DNA of 64,000 nt, the filler included, from Stramenopiles sp. TOSAG23-3 (taxonomy: Eukaryota): NCBI GenBank assembly GCA_900128585.1. It is 9 parts of 9 records of this genome, joined end to end, with 100 filler letters (N's around TTAATTAATTAA, not from the genome) between each part and the next. Parts side by side here need not be neighbours in the genome. Positions count along the whole stretch, not along the records: positions 50,576 to 57,675 come from LT643205.1; positions 57,776 to 64,000 come from LT643357.1; 7 more parts are not named here. The stretch is one strand, 5' to 3'. Shown here piece by piece: positions 51,523 through 62,648 of this stretch. Both the position numbers and the translations under genes were made by a program. The notes beneath the pieces were generated by a model that did no database searches, had not been told where the DNA came from, and worked only from the letters and a program-made list of their open reading frames with translations. Position 1 is the first letter of the stretch. Each line of letters opens with the position of its first letter.

Positions 51523-52506
51523 TCATGGTCCACCACACTCTCCACACCATTTAATGCAATAGAATTTAGTGTAGGCCATTATTTTCCCGGCCACTCCACG
51601 GTGTTTAATGTCTGGCAATGGGTTGATGAAAGCGGGGTCTTTCAAGTTCTCCCTCCGTGTAATGTTCCCCCCGACGCAGCAGAGCAGCCAGACTATGAGA
51701 GCAATGATGAGCCAGGACTGCATGAATGGAAAGAACTTCCTTTCGGAAAATTCGTTGATGGCGTCATCGCACGTCTTGAACACAAATATGGCCCATCCCA
51801 AAAACAACAGCATGAAGAGTTGGAAGAAATTTAAAGCGCGGTTGATGGAGGGGAAGAACTTGACCAAGCAGCCGACCAGCTTGCTCGTAACGCTCATCTT
51901 CAACCAATCGTCTTCGTACATCCCAGAGAACCGCCCTGACCCGAGCCCAGCTATGATACAACCGACTCCTTGAATCACGTAGATCACCGCAACCCCCAAG
52001 GTCAACGGGGATATCTGCCCCCGAAGGCCTATGTCTGGCTCGGGGGTGAAGGGGATGTCTCGCGTGTTCGCGGCCTTCCTCGTCCCGGCATTCGCTATGA
52101 CGGCAGGTTGAAAGTTCGGGGGGGTGGCGCCCGAGCACTGCGATATGGTGTTTATGTCGTTGCAACTTGCGGATTTCGAATACTTCGAACTCGGCACTTT
52201 TTCCACATACTTTTCGCAAGGCTCACACGGTTCCAGCAGCACGGTGGACGACGGGCTCTCGCACACAAAGCAAGACGCGTTGTCAAACGATACCCACGCG
52301 TTTCTGTACCCTTCTAGCGAATCCCATTTCACTGGCCCCAATGCACACTCCCACTTCTTCCACTCTCTATCTGGAAAGGCCAAAGGACACCGCGACTTGC
52401 AAGTATTCAAGGCTTCCATTTGCCCAAGCGGGACGCTCCCCACGATAATGTACACGGCCCCAAGCGCCAAGTAGTACGTCTTGTAAAACGCACTCCCAAC
52501 CCCCAT
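51523..52506 (-). CDS. Four-TM membrane protein with a Cys-rich extracellular loop (327 aa)
   Basis: N-terminal hydrophobic helix, Cys-rich loop, then three more hydrophobic segments. Confidence 0.7.
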   Translation of the reverse strand: MGVGSAFYKTYYLALGAVYIIVGSVPLGQMEALNTCKSRCPLAFPDREWKKWECALGPVKWDSLEGYRNAWVSFDNASCFVCESPSSTVLLEPCEPCEKYVEKVPSSKYSKSASCNDINTISQCSGATPPNFQPAVIANAGTRKAANTRDIPFTPEPDIGLRGQISPLTLGVAVIYVIQGVGCIIAGLGSGRFSGMYEDDWLKMSVTSKLVGCLVKFFPSINRALNFFQLFMLLFLGWAIFVFKTCDDAINEFSERKFFPFMQSWLIIALIVWLLCCVGGNITRRENLKDPAFINPLPDIKHRGVAGKIMAYTKFYCIKWCGECGGP

Positions 52507-53169
52507 CTTTTTTTTCTATGTTGGTATTGCAACGAGAAAACAAGGGAAAGACGCAACAGTTGAAACACTTGAACCTTGCGTTTCTATTAATGTTTTTTTT
52601 TTAAATTCTAATCTTTATATATAATTGAATTGAAAGTGAAAGATCATTTTCATTATAAGACATTCAAGTGTATTTAAAAAGTGTTCAAGTTCACTCATCA
52701 TCATCATCTTTTTATGAAATCATTTTATAATTAAGGATGATTATGTATATACCTTCAACTAATAAAATATTATTTGTTGTTAAAAGGGAAAGATCTAAAT
52801 CCCTAAATACTTAATTATTAATACAGACTTCAGGATCAGCGGATATTACATTAATTATTGTTGGTTTGGATTCTGAATTCTACTTATATGGGATTCCATT
52901 TATATAGGAATATAGTTTTTAGAATACATAATAATTGTATTTAAATTTTATTTACTAAGGAGAGGAGGAGGGGGACGACGGAGGAGAGGAGTTTTTTGTT
53001 GTTGGCGATTGTTGTTCAATTCAAAATTCTTTAAAATGTATATATTGAGAAATCTTTTAAGTTATACAATACAATACGAACGTCTTATTTGCAACAAATT
53101 AAAAGTAGAGAGACCAAAGTGTGGACGGAAAGTTTTTTCTCTTTTTTCTGATTGCTTGCTGCTTGTGAC

Positions 53170-53727
53170 ATGCCGAAGAAAACTACGTACCTTGAAAAGG
53201 TTTGCACGGCCATCCGCGCACTGAAAGATCCTAAGGGAAGCTCTCGAGCCGCGATCAAAGCTTACATTTCAAAGAATTTTGAGAACTCATTCAATGCGAA
53301 TGCCCTGAAGAAAGCCTTGAAGGATGGGATTAAAAAGAAGAAGTTAGAAAACGGCGAATCGTCTCAACGGTTTAAAATTTCTGGGGAGGCCTACAAAGCA
53401 AAAGACGATGGATTCAGAATGAAAGACGTCACTAGCGGCGACGCGGGGGGAGACGTCGCAAAGGTCGGCGACCGTGTTGTTATGAAGTACAAAGGTACGC
53501 TCCAGTCGGATGGGTACGTTTTTGACCAAGCAAATCGTTTCGAGTTTGTCTTGGGTGCGGGGGATGTAATCAAAGGCTGGGACCGGGGGATCGTCGGCAT
53601 GGTCGTTGGGATGAAGCGAGAGCTGGTCTGCCCACCAGCGTTAGCTTACGGGAAACGAGGCTCCCCCCCGGACATACCAGCGAATTCCACTCTCTGCTTC
53701 ACGGTAACGTTGAAAGCAATAAAATGA
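53170..53727 (+). CDS. Linker-histone H1 globular domain fused to an FKBP-type peptidyl-prolyl isomerase
   Basis: TYLEKVCTAIRALKDPKGSSRAAIKAYI...LKKALK...QRFKI (H15 domain); GDRVVMKYKGTL...VFD...FEFVLGAGDVIKGWDRGIVGMVVGMKRELVCPPALAYGKRGSPPDIPANSTLCFTVTL (FKBP). Confidence 0.93.
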   Translation: MPKKTTYLEKVCTAIRALKDPKGSSRAAIKAYISKNFENSFNANALKKALKDGIKKKKLENGESSQRFKISGEAYKAKDDGFRMKDVTSGDAGGDVAKVGDRVVMKYKGTLQSDGYVFDQANRFEFVLGAGDVIKGWDRGIVGMVVGMKRELVCPPALAYGKRGSPPDIPANSTLCFTVTLKAIK

Positions 53728-54323
53728 AATGTCCCCGTGCTAAGAATGGAAAAAGGCGGTGGGCGGGAGGTTTGCAGTGCTTTGGTTTATGAACATAAAA
53801 CAAACGATCCCGCTAAATTTTTTAATTGAAGGAGGCATGAATACATATACAAAATCAAATTATTATTGATTTTTTGTTTGTCGATCTCTTCTTCTTTTCT
53901 TTTTTTGTTTGTCGATCTCTTCTTCTTCTTTTCTTTTTCTTCTTCCGTCCTATCGATTTTATATTAGAATACGAATGGTACAACAAATCCGTTTCTAAAA
54001 CACTTTTTTGATTTGCTTGGTGCTGCGGGGGGGAGGGGGGGGGCGATGATTCTTTTTTTGTGTATTATATATATTTAGACGACTAATATATGCAACATAG
54101 CATCAGGAGGTAGCACAGTCGTTTTATTATTATTTCTTCTCCTCAGTTTGCCCACTATTCTAAAAAATTACAAGCTGTGTTCGCCGCGTTACTCTATATG
54201 TAGTGAGTGACACTTTCACAAACATTCAATTTTAATCCCACATCGCAACATGCAGGTGTATTTCCAGGTACACTGTCGCAAGAGGAATGCAGTTGAGGGA
54301 CGGGAGCCTTTACACGCATCAGA

Positions 54324-55955
54324 ATGTCCGAGGAAAGTGTTGAGGAAGGAAACGAGCGAAGGGGGAACGGCGAAATATCCAGCCTTTATGACTGGAACGG
54401 TTGGCGCACCAGCACTTTAGGTCGTATCGTTAGTTTGGTCGAAGAGACGCCCGGCGCTCTTTTTGAAAGGGGGGGTACTCCCCAATGGTATCCCATTGCC
54501 TTTGCTGTAAATAATGGGGTGGGGGTAGAAAATTTTGTGTGGATGTGGGAGCAGCCAGACGTAGCCGACTCGGTGAAACGGTGGAAGGATTCAAATGGAA
54601 AGACACTGCTCCATATTGCAGCCAGCACCAACCAGGAGCATCTTATTCCCGAACTTTTGAGTAGAATGGATAGGTATATGGTAAATGTGGAAGATCAGAG
54701 TGGCAACGTGCCGTTATCTTACGCGATCTGGAGGGGGGGCAGTGTAGAAACGGTGGAGTCTATCAGTGATTTTATGGGGGAAGCGCTTGTGGGACGCTGG
54801 AGAAACAGGTACAAACGGACGTTTCTGAACTATGCCGCGTACAATGATCGCGTCGACCTTGTGCGCCTGTTCAGCAAATTGCAGCCCGATGCGCTCACTG
54901 TCAAAGACAGCGAAGGCAACATTCCTCTGGCCTACCTCGTTTTGCGAGGGGCCCCGCTCGCAGTGATTACAGAAATGATTGAAAACATGGGGATTGAAAA
55001 TGTAAAAAAGTGGCGCGACAAATATGAACGAACGGTCTTGCACTGCGCTTGCTATCGTCGCAACGTCAAGCTGCAACTCCTCCGGTACCTTTTTGAAATG
55101 TTCCCTGAAGCAGTCAGCATAAAAGATAATTTGGGAAATTTCCCAATTTCATACGCAATTTGGAAAGGATGCGATGAGGAAACAATTGAGTTCCTCGCAC
55201 AGAAAACTGGGATTAATACGTTGAAAGAGTACAGGAGCAACGTTGCGAAAGGGACCATGCTGCACGATGCAACTCGGCACAACCGTCCCCATTTGATTCC
55301 GTACATTATGTCTGTGCACCCTGAATCGTGCGGTGTAAGGGATGGGGTGTACGACGAGACGCCCCTTGATAATGCAAAAAGCCTTGGTTTTAAATTGTGC
55401 GGCGAACTCCTTGCTGACCCAGAGAGGACGATCCTGGAATTTCAGCACAAACATTTTCAAAATATCCCTTTCAAAGACATGGTGCAGGACTTGCACCAGT
55501 CCGACAGCAAATGGGCTTCTACCTCGTTGGTCCATGCGAGACACCTTGTGGAATTAAACCCTGGCGCACTAACTTCTAAGAAGGAAGAAGGGTTGGAAGG
55601 TCACAAAATAAAGAAGGGTTACATTCCAATATTTTATGCTTGCACAAAAGGTGCAAATTTTGACGTCTTTCGCCATTTGTGCGAGGAAACCGGCCATAAC
55701 GTCGTCAGAAAGTTTAGAAACCAAGACGGCGGCTCGTTGCTGCACGATGCAGCGTTTTACAATCGTTTCCACATTGTCCCCTACCTTTTGCATTTGATGG
55801 GGCCCGAGAGTGCAAAAGTGCCAGATGAAATGTTCGGAGAAACTCCTTTGAAGAAAGCAGAGCAAAACAACCATAAGAAAATTATTAAAATGCTGCAAAA
55901 CCCAGAGCACACAATCAAGGTTTTTGAGATGAAGCTTGCCGAAGGGGTATTGTAG
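54324..55955 (+). CDS. Ankyrin-repeat protein (543 aa)
   Basis: Repeated ~70-aa double units: GKTLLHIAA / GNVPLSYAI, RTVLHCAC / GNFPISYAI, GSLLHDAA / GETPLKKA. Confidence 0.85.
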   Translation: MSEESVEEGNERRGNGEISSLYDWNGWRTSTLGRIVSLVEETPGALFERGGTPQWYPIAFAVNNGVGVENFVWMWEQPDVADSVKRWKDSNGKTLLHIAASTNQEHLIPELLSRMDRYMVNVEDQSGNVPLSYAIWRGGSVETVESISDFMGEALVGRWRNRYKRTFLNYAAYNDRVDLVRLFSKLQPDALTVKDSEGNIPLAYLVLRGAPLAVITEMIENMGIENVKKWRDKYERTVLHCACYRRNVKLQLLRYLFEMFPEAVSIKDNLGNFPISYAIWKGCDEETIEFLAQKTGINTLKEYRSNVAKGTMLHDATRHNRPHLIPYIMSVHPESCGVRDGVYDETPLDNAKSLGFKLCGELLADPERTILEFQHKHFQNIPFKDMVQDLHQSDSKWASTSLVHARHLVELNPGALTSKKEEGLEGHKIKKGYIPIFYACTKGANFDVFRHLCEETGHNVVRKFRNQDGGSLLHDAAFYNRFHIVPYLLHLMGPESAKVPDEMFGETPLKKAEQNNHKKIIKMLQNPEHTIKVFEMKLAEGVL

Positions 55956-56253
55956 CGCGCGCTGTATAAAAATGAAAAAAATACAAAAAGAACTTTAAAC
56001 TTTAGACTTACGTAAGAGAGGATTTGAATTAAAACAAGAAAATTGGCTGTTATTTAAGCTTTAAAAAAATCTTTACGGTGTTTAAAAATTTGAAAAGACG
56101 ACAAAACAGCTAAGAAGTACTTCTTCTTTTTAATATTTTTAGAAAAGTAATTTCATGACAGAAACCGTGAAATTATTTTTTTAAGATATAAATTGTGAAC
56201 ACCAAACCATTCCCGCCGATTGTTTTGAACGTAAAGATGTGTTCCCTTTAACC

Positions 56254-57633
56254 TTATGCGTTTTCCAACTCTGCATTTGCCCCTTCGCTTTGTTTTTTCT
56301 CGTAGGCTTCTTTTTGGTCGCTCCAAAAATCGTACCGAAGAATAGTATTCGAGTTCGTATACAAAATGAAATTTTCGCAGGGGCTGAACGTAACTGACAG
56401 GCCCTGTCCCTTTACGCGCTTGTAATAGTAATCCCCCAGCGTTTCTCCTGTGCCCACATCCTTCACGAAAATCGAGCCTTCGTCGTCTCCCCCACAAACA
56501 AAATTCCCATCCTTGGATACCGACATCTTGCAAAGGCCACACTCGTCTTCGATTAGCAACGACGTAACTTGATCAAGCGCATAAGGGGCTATCTTAGAAC
56601 TTTTCCCCTTCTTCTTAGAGGTCACTTTCCACTTGGTCACATTGCCCTTTTCTGTTTTTCCGAGCAGAAAGAGGTCCCCCGTGTACGCCTCTTCGTAAGC
56701 GCCCCCTGGGATCACCAATTGGTTAAACCTCTTCTGCTTCTTCAACGTCGAATCACAAAACGGGTCAAAAACAACAGACGCTTTTGAAAAAGGAATTTCT
56801 TTCGAAGAAAATTTCCCCTGGAACGCAGGGGCGGATTCTACTTTCTTTGCCTCCGGGCGCAATTCTTTTTCTGAAGGGATGGCCAGGGCGTACACGAAGC
56901 CTCGGCCATCGCTGGCGAAGAAGTGCTTCCCGTCCGGCAGCACTGCCAGCGAAGTAAAGCAGTTCTCCTTGCCTCCCACCTCCGACTGGTACTCACGAAC
57001 GCACGACTCCGTGACAATGTCCCACAGGCGGATCGTCCCATCGTCCGATCTGGACAGCAAGAGGCCTGGTCGCGTCCGCACAGGGGCTAAAACGGTTACC
57101 GAACTAGTATGACCTTTCAAGAGAAACTCTGCGCAAGACCGAACGTGGCTGATCACGACGATTTCCCCGCTGTCCCCGGCCACCGCGAGGCAGGCGTCCT
57201 TCAAGCCTTTTAGGGATACCCAGCAGCACGTGGTGAGGGCCCCGCCTTTTACGTGCTCGGAGGTCTCATTCACATAGTTGCACATGATGTCGCAGTGGTT
57301 CCCAAGGTGCTGGTTGTCGTATATACTGGCCTGGTTTCCCCCCACCGTGGCAAAGACGTTGTCGTGTACCGAGTGAAACTGTAAGTCGGCAATGTTCCCT
57401 TTGTGGTTTTCTCTAAGTATTACGTGCAAGTTCATGTACTTTGCTTTATCAGCGATAGACAAGGCAGCGTTGCTTTCTTCAACGTCGCTGGAAGTTGCCT
57501 CGTTGGACGTGTTTTCGCCATTCGAAGCCGATACTTTAGGGACTTTTTTCGCTGCCGAAGCCCACGCTGGGACAGGGGATTTTTTGCGCTTGGAAGTCTT
57601 CTTTCCCGCACGGGCTTTCGTGGACTTTGTCAT
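56254..57633 (-). CDS. WD40 protein related to EED/ESC/FIE (or LRWD1)
   Basis: LRENH...QFH...VFATVGGNQASIYD...TCCW...LAVAGDSG...GHTSSV...LLLSRSDDGTIRLWD parallels the EED N-terminal blades; basic NLS-like N-terminus. Confidence 0.7.
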   Translation of the reverse strand: MTKSTKARAGKKTSKRKKSPVPAWASAAKKVPKVSASNGENTSNEATSSDVEESNAALSIADKAKYMNLHVILRENHKGNIADLQFHSVHDNVFATVGGNQASIYDNQHLGNHCDIMCNYVNETSEHVKGGALTTCCWVSLKGLKDACLAVAGDSGEIVVISHVRSCAEFLLKGHTSSVTVLAPVRTRPGLLLSRSDDGTIRLWDIVTESCVREYQSEVGGKENCFTSLAVLPDGKHFFASDGRGFVYALAIPSEKELRPEAKKVESAPAFQGKFSSKEIPFSKASVVFDPFCDSTLKKQKRFNQLVIPGGAYEEAYTGDLFLLGKTEKGNVTKWKVTSKKKGKSSKIAPYALDQVTSLLIEDECGLCKMSVSKDGNFVCGGDDEGSIFVKDVGTGETLGDYYYKRVKGQGLSVTFSPCENFILYTNSNTILRYDFWSDQKEAYEKKQSEGANAELENA

Positions 57634-57675
57634 GGTATATAATGCAGTATGGCCTCTCTCTCTCTCTCTCTCTCT

Positions 57676-57775
57676 NNNNNNNNNNNNNNNNNNNNNNNNN
57701 NNNNNNNNNNNNNNNNNNNTTAATTAATTAANNNNNNNNNNNNNNNNNNNNNNNNNNNNNNNNNNNNNNNNNNNN
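57676..57775. other. Artificial contig linker
   Basis: N44-TTAATTAATTAA-N44. Confidence 0.97.
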
Positions 57776-57776
57776 C

Positions 57777-59015
57777 CCTTTCGTAGTATACGTCAACGAC
57801 GGGGCGGTCGCAGCGGGTCGCAGTTCCGCTTGGGGCATTGGCCTCGTCCATTCCACCGCCGGCTTCACCGCGCTGTTCTACATACAGGCACGGGATCACG
57901 CCCTCAACAATCGAACTGCGATAGACACGCTCTCCTTCGAAATGCTCAGCACGGAGCCGGAGTATAATGGCTACAAAGTAAGCGCTGAAATCAAAGAAGT
58001 GAACGTGGACGGGAGCATAGCGACGGCGACTTCCGGTATCATTCGGCATATAGGCCGTGGCCTCTACCGCTGCAATTACAACGCGACCACGCGGGGAAAC
58101 TTTTCCCTGTCGGTCAAGATTGGCGGTTCGCACATCATCAATAGCCCCTTTGAGGCGTACGTGTCCCCCTCGTACGCGTATGCGGGCGAAACAAGCATCG
58201 GGGGCGCCGGAATTGTGTCTGCAGCAGGCTCTGCTAACCTGGACGCCGACACGATAATCTTCAACAAGGAGCCCATGGGCACCGCAAATTTTACGGTCGT
58301 CGCACGGGATCGTTACGGAAATAGACTCGACCGAGGCGGCGACAACTTCCTTGTTCGGTTGGACGGTCCGACCCATGTCCACGTGGTGATGAAAGATTTG
58401 GGGGCGGCGAAGTACCGGGCCGAGTACATCGTGCCGTTCAATGGAACCTACCGTCTGACCGTGGCCCTCGTCGAAGGCCAATTGACCTCTACGGGTGGGG
58501 GACTTCGCGGCGAGTACTTTTCACGCCACGACTTGAGCGTTGCCCCAGACTATTCCAAACTTGATCGGACCGTTGACACGGAGCTGGGTATAGATATTGC
58601 CGCGGTTCGCTGGCGAGGCCTGATCATCCCCCCGCACAATGGATTGTGGAAATTCTTTGTGGAGGTAGGGGGAACGTCATCGTTGGGTGGGCACGTGTTG
58701 CTTTTAATTAACGGCAAGACCATTGTCAAAGGCGGCGTGGACTCAGGCGCTTCTATCAACGGGAGCCTGCCGATGATTGGCGCTGTCCCGTACAATATCA
58801 CCATGGAATGGATGCGCTACGGGGAAGGGACTCGGACGGTCGCGCTGCAATGGTTTGGCCCGAGCACCAGCTTAACGTCTCACGTGCCCGTTCCCACATT
58901 TCCTACAGAGCGCACGGTGATCCCAGCCTCATGCCTGGCAGAACGGGCGACGCACCTGCCAGGCAGCCCGTTCTTGGTCAACAATACGGACAGAGGCTCA
59001 GGCAGCGAGTATTAG
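57777..59015 (+). CDS. 3' part of a filamin-repeat + PA14-domain protein; 5' truncated
   Basis: Open from the contig edge. FYIQARD..NN, HIINSPF and FTVVARDRYGNR..GGDNF (filamin Ig repeats); GGLRGEYF...AVRWRGLIIPP...WKF (PA14). Confidence 0.85.
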   Translation, partial: PFVVYVNDGAVAAGRSSAWGIGLVHSTAGFTALFYIQARDHALNNRTAIDTLSFEMLSTEPEYNGYKVSAEIKEVNVDGSIATATSGIIRHIGRGLYRCNYNATTRGNFSLSVKIGGSHIINSPFEAYVSPSYAYAGETSIGGAGIVSAAGSANLDADTIIFNKEPMGTANFTVVARDRYGNRLDRGGDNFLVRLDGPTHVHVVMKDLGAAKYRAEYIVPFNGTYRLTVALVEGQLTSTGGGLRGEYFSRHDLSVAPDYSKLDRTVDTELGIDIAAVRWRGLIIPPHNGLWKFFVEVGGTSSLGGHVLLLINGKTIVKGGVDSGASINGSLPMIGAVPYNITMEWMRYGEGTRTVALQWFGPSTSLTSHVPVPTFPTERTVIPASCLAERATHLPGSPFLVNNTDRGSGSEY

Positions 59016-59325
59016 AGTTAGCTTGAAAAAGGACAAAACATCTCTTCACAAAAATACCGAATGTTTAGAAACTATTTATGATCAGAGAAGCACGCTTAAT
59101 CACAGGAGCAAGAAGTAAAGAACTTATGCTAAAAGAAATTTATAAAAACAAAATAATGTTCTTATCATACAGCTATCATATATGCATGATTTTTATGATA
59201 ATTGTTTTTACAAAATAATGTTCGGAAGTTACTCGTACGTAGTATGAAGTACGTTAATATAAAAATATTTTATTTTTACGAACAAAACGAAACTACTTTA
59301 GATACAACACCCTCACAGCTTTCGG

Positions 59326-60129
59326 TCAGTACCGCTGCCCCATGAACGGGAAGAGCTGTGGCACTGCCTTCGTGTACGCAAGCCACTTCGGGTCCTTCCC
59401 CCACTTCTTCCTTGCCAACTTATCCAGAAGAGGAATACCCGACGCACGCGTCAACAAAAAGTACACTAACATGGGTGAAAGGGCAGTGACGGCAGTATCC
59501 GTGGTAGTCATGTGCTGTTGGCAGTTCAGCCACATTGCAATCCACATTAATATGTCCCCCATGTAATTCGGGTGCTGGGATATCGACCAAAGCCCTGTTG
59601 TGATGAACTTCCCAGAATTGGCAGTGTCCATTTTGAAGACACGCTTCTGTCTATCCGCAATCACCTCGCACGCAAACCCTACCCCCCACAGAAGCCAAGT
59701 GGCCAAATCGGTCGTGGTAAACTGCTCGTTGTCCTTGTCTGAACTTGATAATATCGCATAAACCGGAAGAGCAGTTATAAGGCACCATATGGACTGTACG
59801 GCCCAATACTTCAACTGCCTTAACGGAAAGTCCCGCACTCCTTTCCAGCGCTTGTCGACCGAGTCTTGTTGAATTCTGGAGAACAAAAACGTACTCAGCC
59901 TCCCAGACCATGTGAGCGTTAGCACAGAGTTAACAGCTTGCCTTGGCGAAATATCCCCGCTTCGACCATAAAGGGCGCTTACCACGCAGGCCCAGTAGGT
60001 AATACCCCCGACAAGGTCAAAATACTTTTCATTCCTTATAATAAATGCGGCGTGAAACCAGGCCAACCCGTTCACAAGAGCGTCTATGGCAAAGACTCTA
60101 CCAATCTGCGCAGAAAAGAAAATCCCCAT
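59326..60129 (-). CDS. DUF1295 / steroid 5-alpha-reductase-like membrane protein
   Basis: EKYFDLVG, WSGRL..FL..RI....DKRW, EVIADRQKRVFK, FITTGLWSISQHPNYMGDI, SGIPLL. Confidence 0.9.
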   Translation of the reverse strand: MGIFFSAQIGRVFAIDALVNGLAWFHAAFIIRNEKYFDLVGGITYWACVVSALYGRSGDISPRQAVNSVLTLTWSGRLSTFLFSRIQQDSVDKRWKGVRDFPLRQLKYWAVQSIWCLITALPVYAILSSSDKDNEQFTTTDLATWLLWGVGFACEVIADRQKRVFKMDTANSGKFITTGLWSISQHPNYMGDILMWIAMWLNCQQHMTTTDTAVTALSPMLVYFLLTRASGIPLLDKLARKKWGKDPKWLAYTKAVPQLFPFMGQRY

Positions 60130-60707
60130 TATTAGTATGTAGTAGTCAAAGAATTAAAATCCTGTGGTGGGTCTTAAATAATAGTTGCATCCAATAAAAG
60201 GGGTTGCTTTCGGTGAGTTTTTTTTTGTCCGTTACTTGTCGAAAGGGGTGTATAAAACATGCATGTACACATTACATATCAAGAAATATAATTCAAATTA
60301 ATAACTGTTGTTTTTCTGTCTGTTGTGTCTGTCGTCTTTTTTTATTATTATTATTATTTTTTATTACTGCTGTATGTTGTTGTTGTTTTTTTTTTTATTA
60401 TTTATTCCGTCTGTGGTTCTATGTTCTCGTCTTCGCCAACATCATTGTCGTAATAGCATGGGCAGTGTGGTGGCCATGCTGAGCAGATAAGGTTATTATA
60501 AAATAATAATAAAATAATGTGAGAAAAAGTGTTTGTAATAACGTCACTTGTATAATAATAGACTACAAAACGAAAAAATTGTATTGAAGAAGATTTACGC
60601 ATTGTGTGCTTTTAAAAGATGGTGGATTGATTTTAATAATCGTGACATTTTGAAAAACGGCCCTGGATATATCGTACGTGAAAGTTGCACACTCGAGAAG
60701 AAGAAAA

Positions 60708-61910
60708 ATGGTGGACGGTTTCCAGACACAGTTGACGAGGAAGTTGGGGATTAAATACCCAATTATGTGTGCAGGAATGGGGCACGTCACGGGGGCCGAA
60801 TTGGCGGCCGCGGTTTCGAATGCCGGTGGTATCGGGACTATCGGTGCGATTGGTCTGTCTCCGGATGGCTGTCGCCAAGAAATTCGACGGTTGAAATCCA
60901 TGCTTCATAAAGGCAACTCTATTGCCGGAACCGTTCCGTTCGGCGTCGATTTGTTGCTTCCGAAACTCGGTGGCAACGCTCGAAAAACTAACAAGGACTA
61001 TACCGGTGGTCAGTTGGGTGCATTGGTCGATGTTATGGTGGAGGAGAAGGTCCCGCTGTTTGTGTGCGCAGTGGGTGTCCCTCCCCAGTGGGTCTCCGAC
61101 AAGCTGCACGAACACGGCATAGTGATCATGAACATGGCGGGTGCCCCCAAACACGTTAAAAAAGCCCTTTCAGTTGGGGTGGATATCATCTGCGCCACCG
61201 GGGGCGAGGGGGGTGCCCATTCCGGCGATATCAGCTCCATGGTCCTGATCCCACAGTGCGCGGACATTTGCAAGGCCCACAACGCTATTTTGGTCGGTGG
61301 AGGTGGCATCTTTGACGGCCGCGGGATAGCCGCCTGCATGGCCTTGGGGGCCCAGGGCGTCTGGGTTGGCACTCGCTTCCTCTCGTCCCTCGAAGCAAAC
61401 TGCAACGTTGGCTGGCACAAAGCGATTCTTCAAGCCACCAGCAATGATACTCGAAGGATTGAAATCTACACTGGCCGCCCTTTGCGTGTGATCAAAAACA
61501 AGTACAACAACGATTGGGCAAGGAGGGAGCCCGAGATGAGGGCCCTTTTGGCAAAAGGGACGATTCCTGTGTACCAAGACATGGCAGACGGAAAGTTGGA
61601 TCCGAAGAAATTCTTTGGTGGGCCACTCTCGAGGCACGCCCAAGGCATTGGGAAACGGCCAGAGCAAGGGTACTGGAACGATGTCAGGGAGGACAAAGCG
61701 TGGCAAGAGGATATTGACTGTGCCCAAGCAGGCCAGGCAATTGGTGCGATCCATTCCATTCCCCCAGCAGCGGCGCTCGTCAAGAGCATGATGGAAGAGC
61801 TTGTCGCCGCACTGCAAACGCTTGGTAAACTCGGTGGTCAGGTACCGCCCAGCCCAAACTTCAAAATAGCAGTCCCGCCCATTGCACCGTTGACCCTTAG
61901 CCGTCTGTGA
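60708..61910 (+). CDS. Nitronate monooxygenase / 2-nitropropane dioxygenase-family flavoprotein
   Basis: LGIKYPIMCAGM...ELAAAVSNAGGIG, GGEGGAH, GGGIFDGRGIAACMALGAQGVWVGTRF, AGQAIGAI. Confidence 0.93.
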   Translation: MVDGFQTQLTRKLGIKYPIMCAGMGHVTGAELAAAVSNAGGIGTIGAIGLSPDGCRQEIRRLKSMLHKGNSIAGTVPFGVDLLLPKLGGNARKTNKDYTGGQLGALVDVMVEEKVPLFVCAVGVPPQWVSDKLHEHGIVIMNMAGAPKHVKKALSVGVDIICATGGEGGAHSGDISSMVLIPQCADICKAHNAILVGGGGIFDGRGIAACMALGAQGVWVGTRFLSSLEANCNVGWHKAILQATSNDTRRIEIYTGRPLRVIKNKYNNDWARREPEMRALLAKGTIPVYQDMADGKLDPKKFFGGPLSRHAQGIGKRPEQGYWNDVREDKAWQEDIDCAQAGQAIGAIHSIPPAAALVKSMMEELVAALQTLGKLGGQVPPSPNFKIAVPPIAPLTLSRL

Positions 61911-62648
61911 GGGGGAAATTAAAATGAGAAAAAAAGAGTGGCAAAGTTTACTATATTTGTGCCTAGTTCACGTTTTCGAACAGAAGGGGTGTAAAAGAAA
62001 TACATCCCCTCCGAACACACACAACGCTGTATGAAACTTCGTAAAATTGAACAAAAAAGAATAAGATCTTATGATACTAAATTCATAAGAATTTAGCACT
62101 GTTTTTTTGTCAAAATTATTTGTATAATAAATAAACACAGAGCACAGCTAGACAAACACACACAGTAATTTTTGATTATAAAATATAGTCGTCTAATAGT
62201 GCAGGAGAATAGTTTCTATTTTTTTTTGGTTCTTCTTCTTCGCGATATTTATATCATTGTCTTTCTTTCTTCGTCACATTTTTAATCGCATCATTCATCA
62301 TCATAAAAATATTATTATTCTTCTCCTACATATACTAGTTAAGTATTATAGACTACCACCTGTATTAATATTAATACCTGTACAATAGGTACCTACTTAG
62401 TCTATATATATATTATCTAAAATATTAGCTAACTATTACTCCTCTACTCTACTCATATTTTTTTTGTACGATTTTCCACAATTTGTAAAATTAAATGATA
62501 AACAAAACAAATTAGAAAACTTGTTGGATGTTCCACATATTTTTTTGCATCCAGCAGTCCTTGCAGTTTCACCCTCATCTTCGCTCTAGTACTTCGCTCT
62601 AGTATTGACAAAACATAAATAGTAGCATTGTATTTTACGAGACAAGAA

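Noticed and set aside
61963-62010. Hairpin AGGGGTGTA...TACATCCCCT with nearby CTAG as a Helitron 3' end
   Set aside because: Single copy, imperfect stem, CTAG not followed by T on the relevant strand, and no matching 5' end seen.
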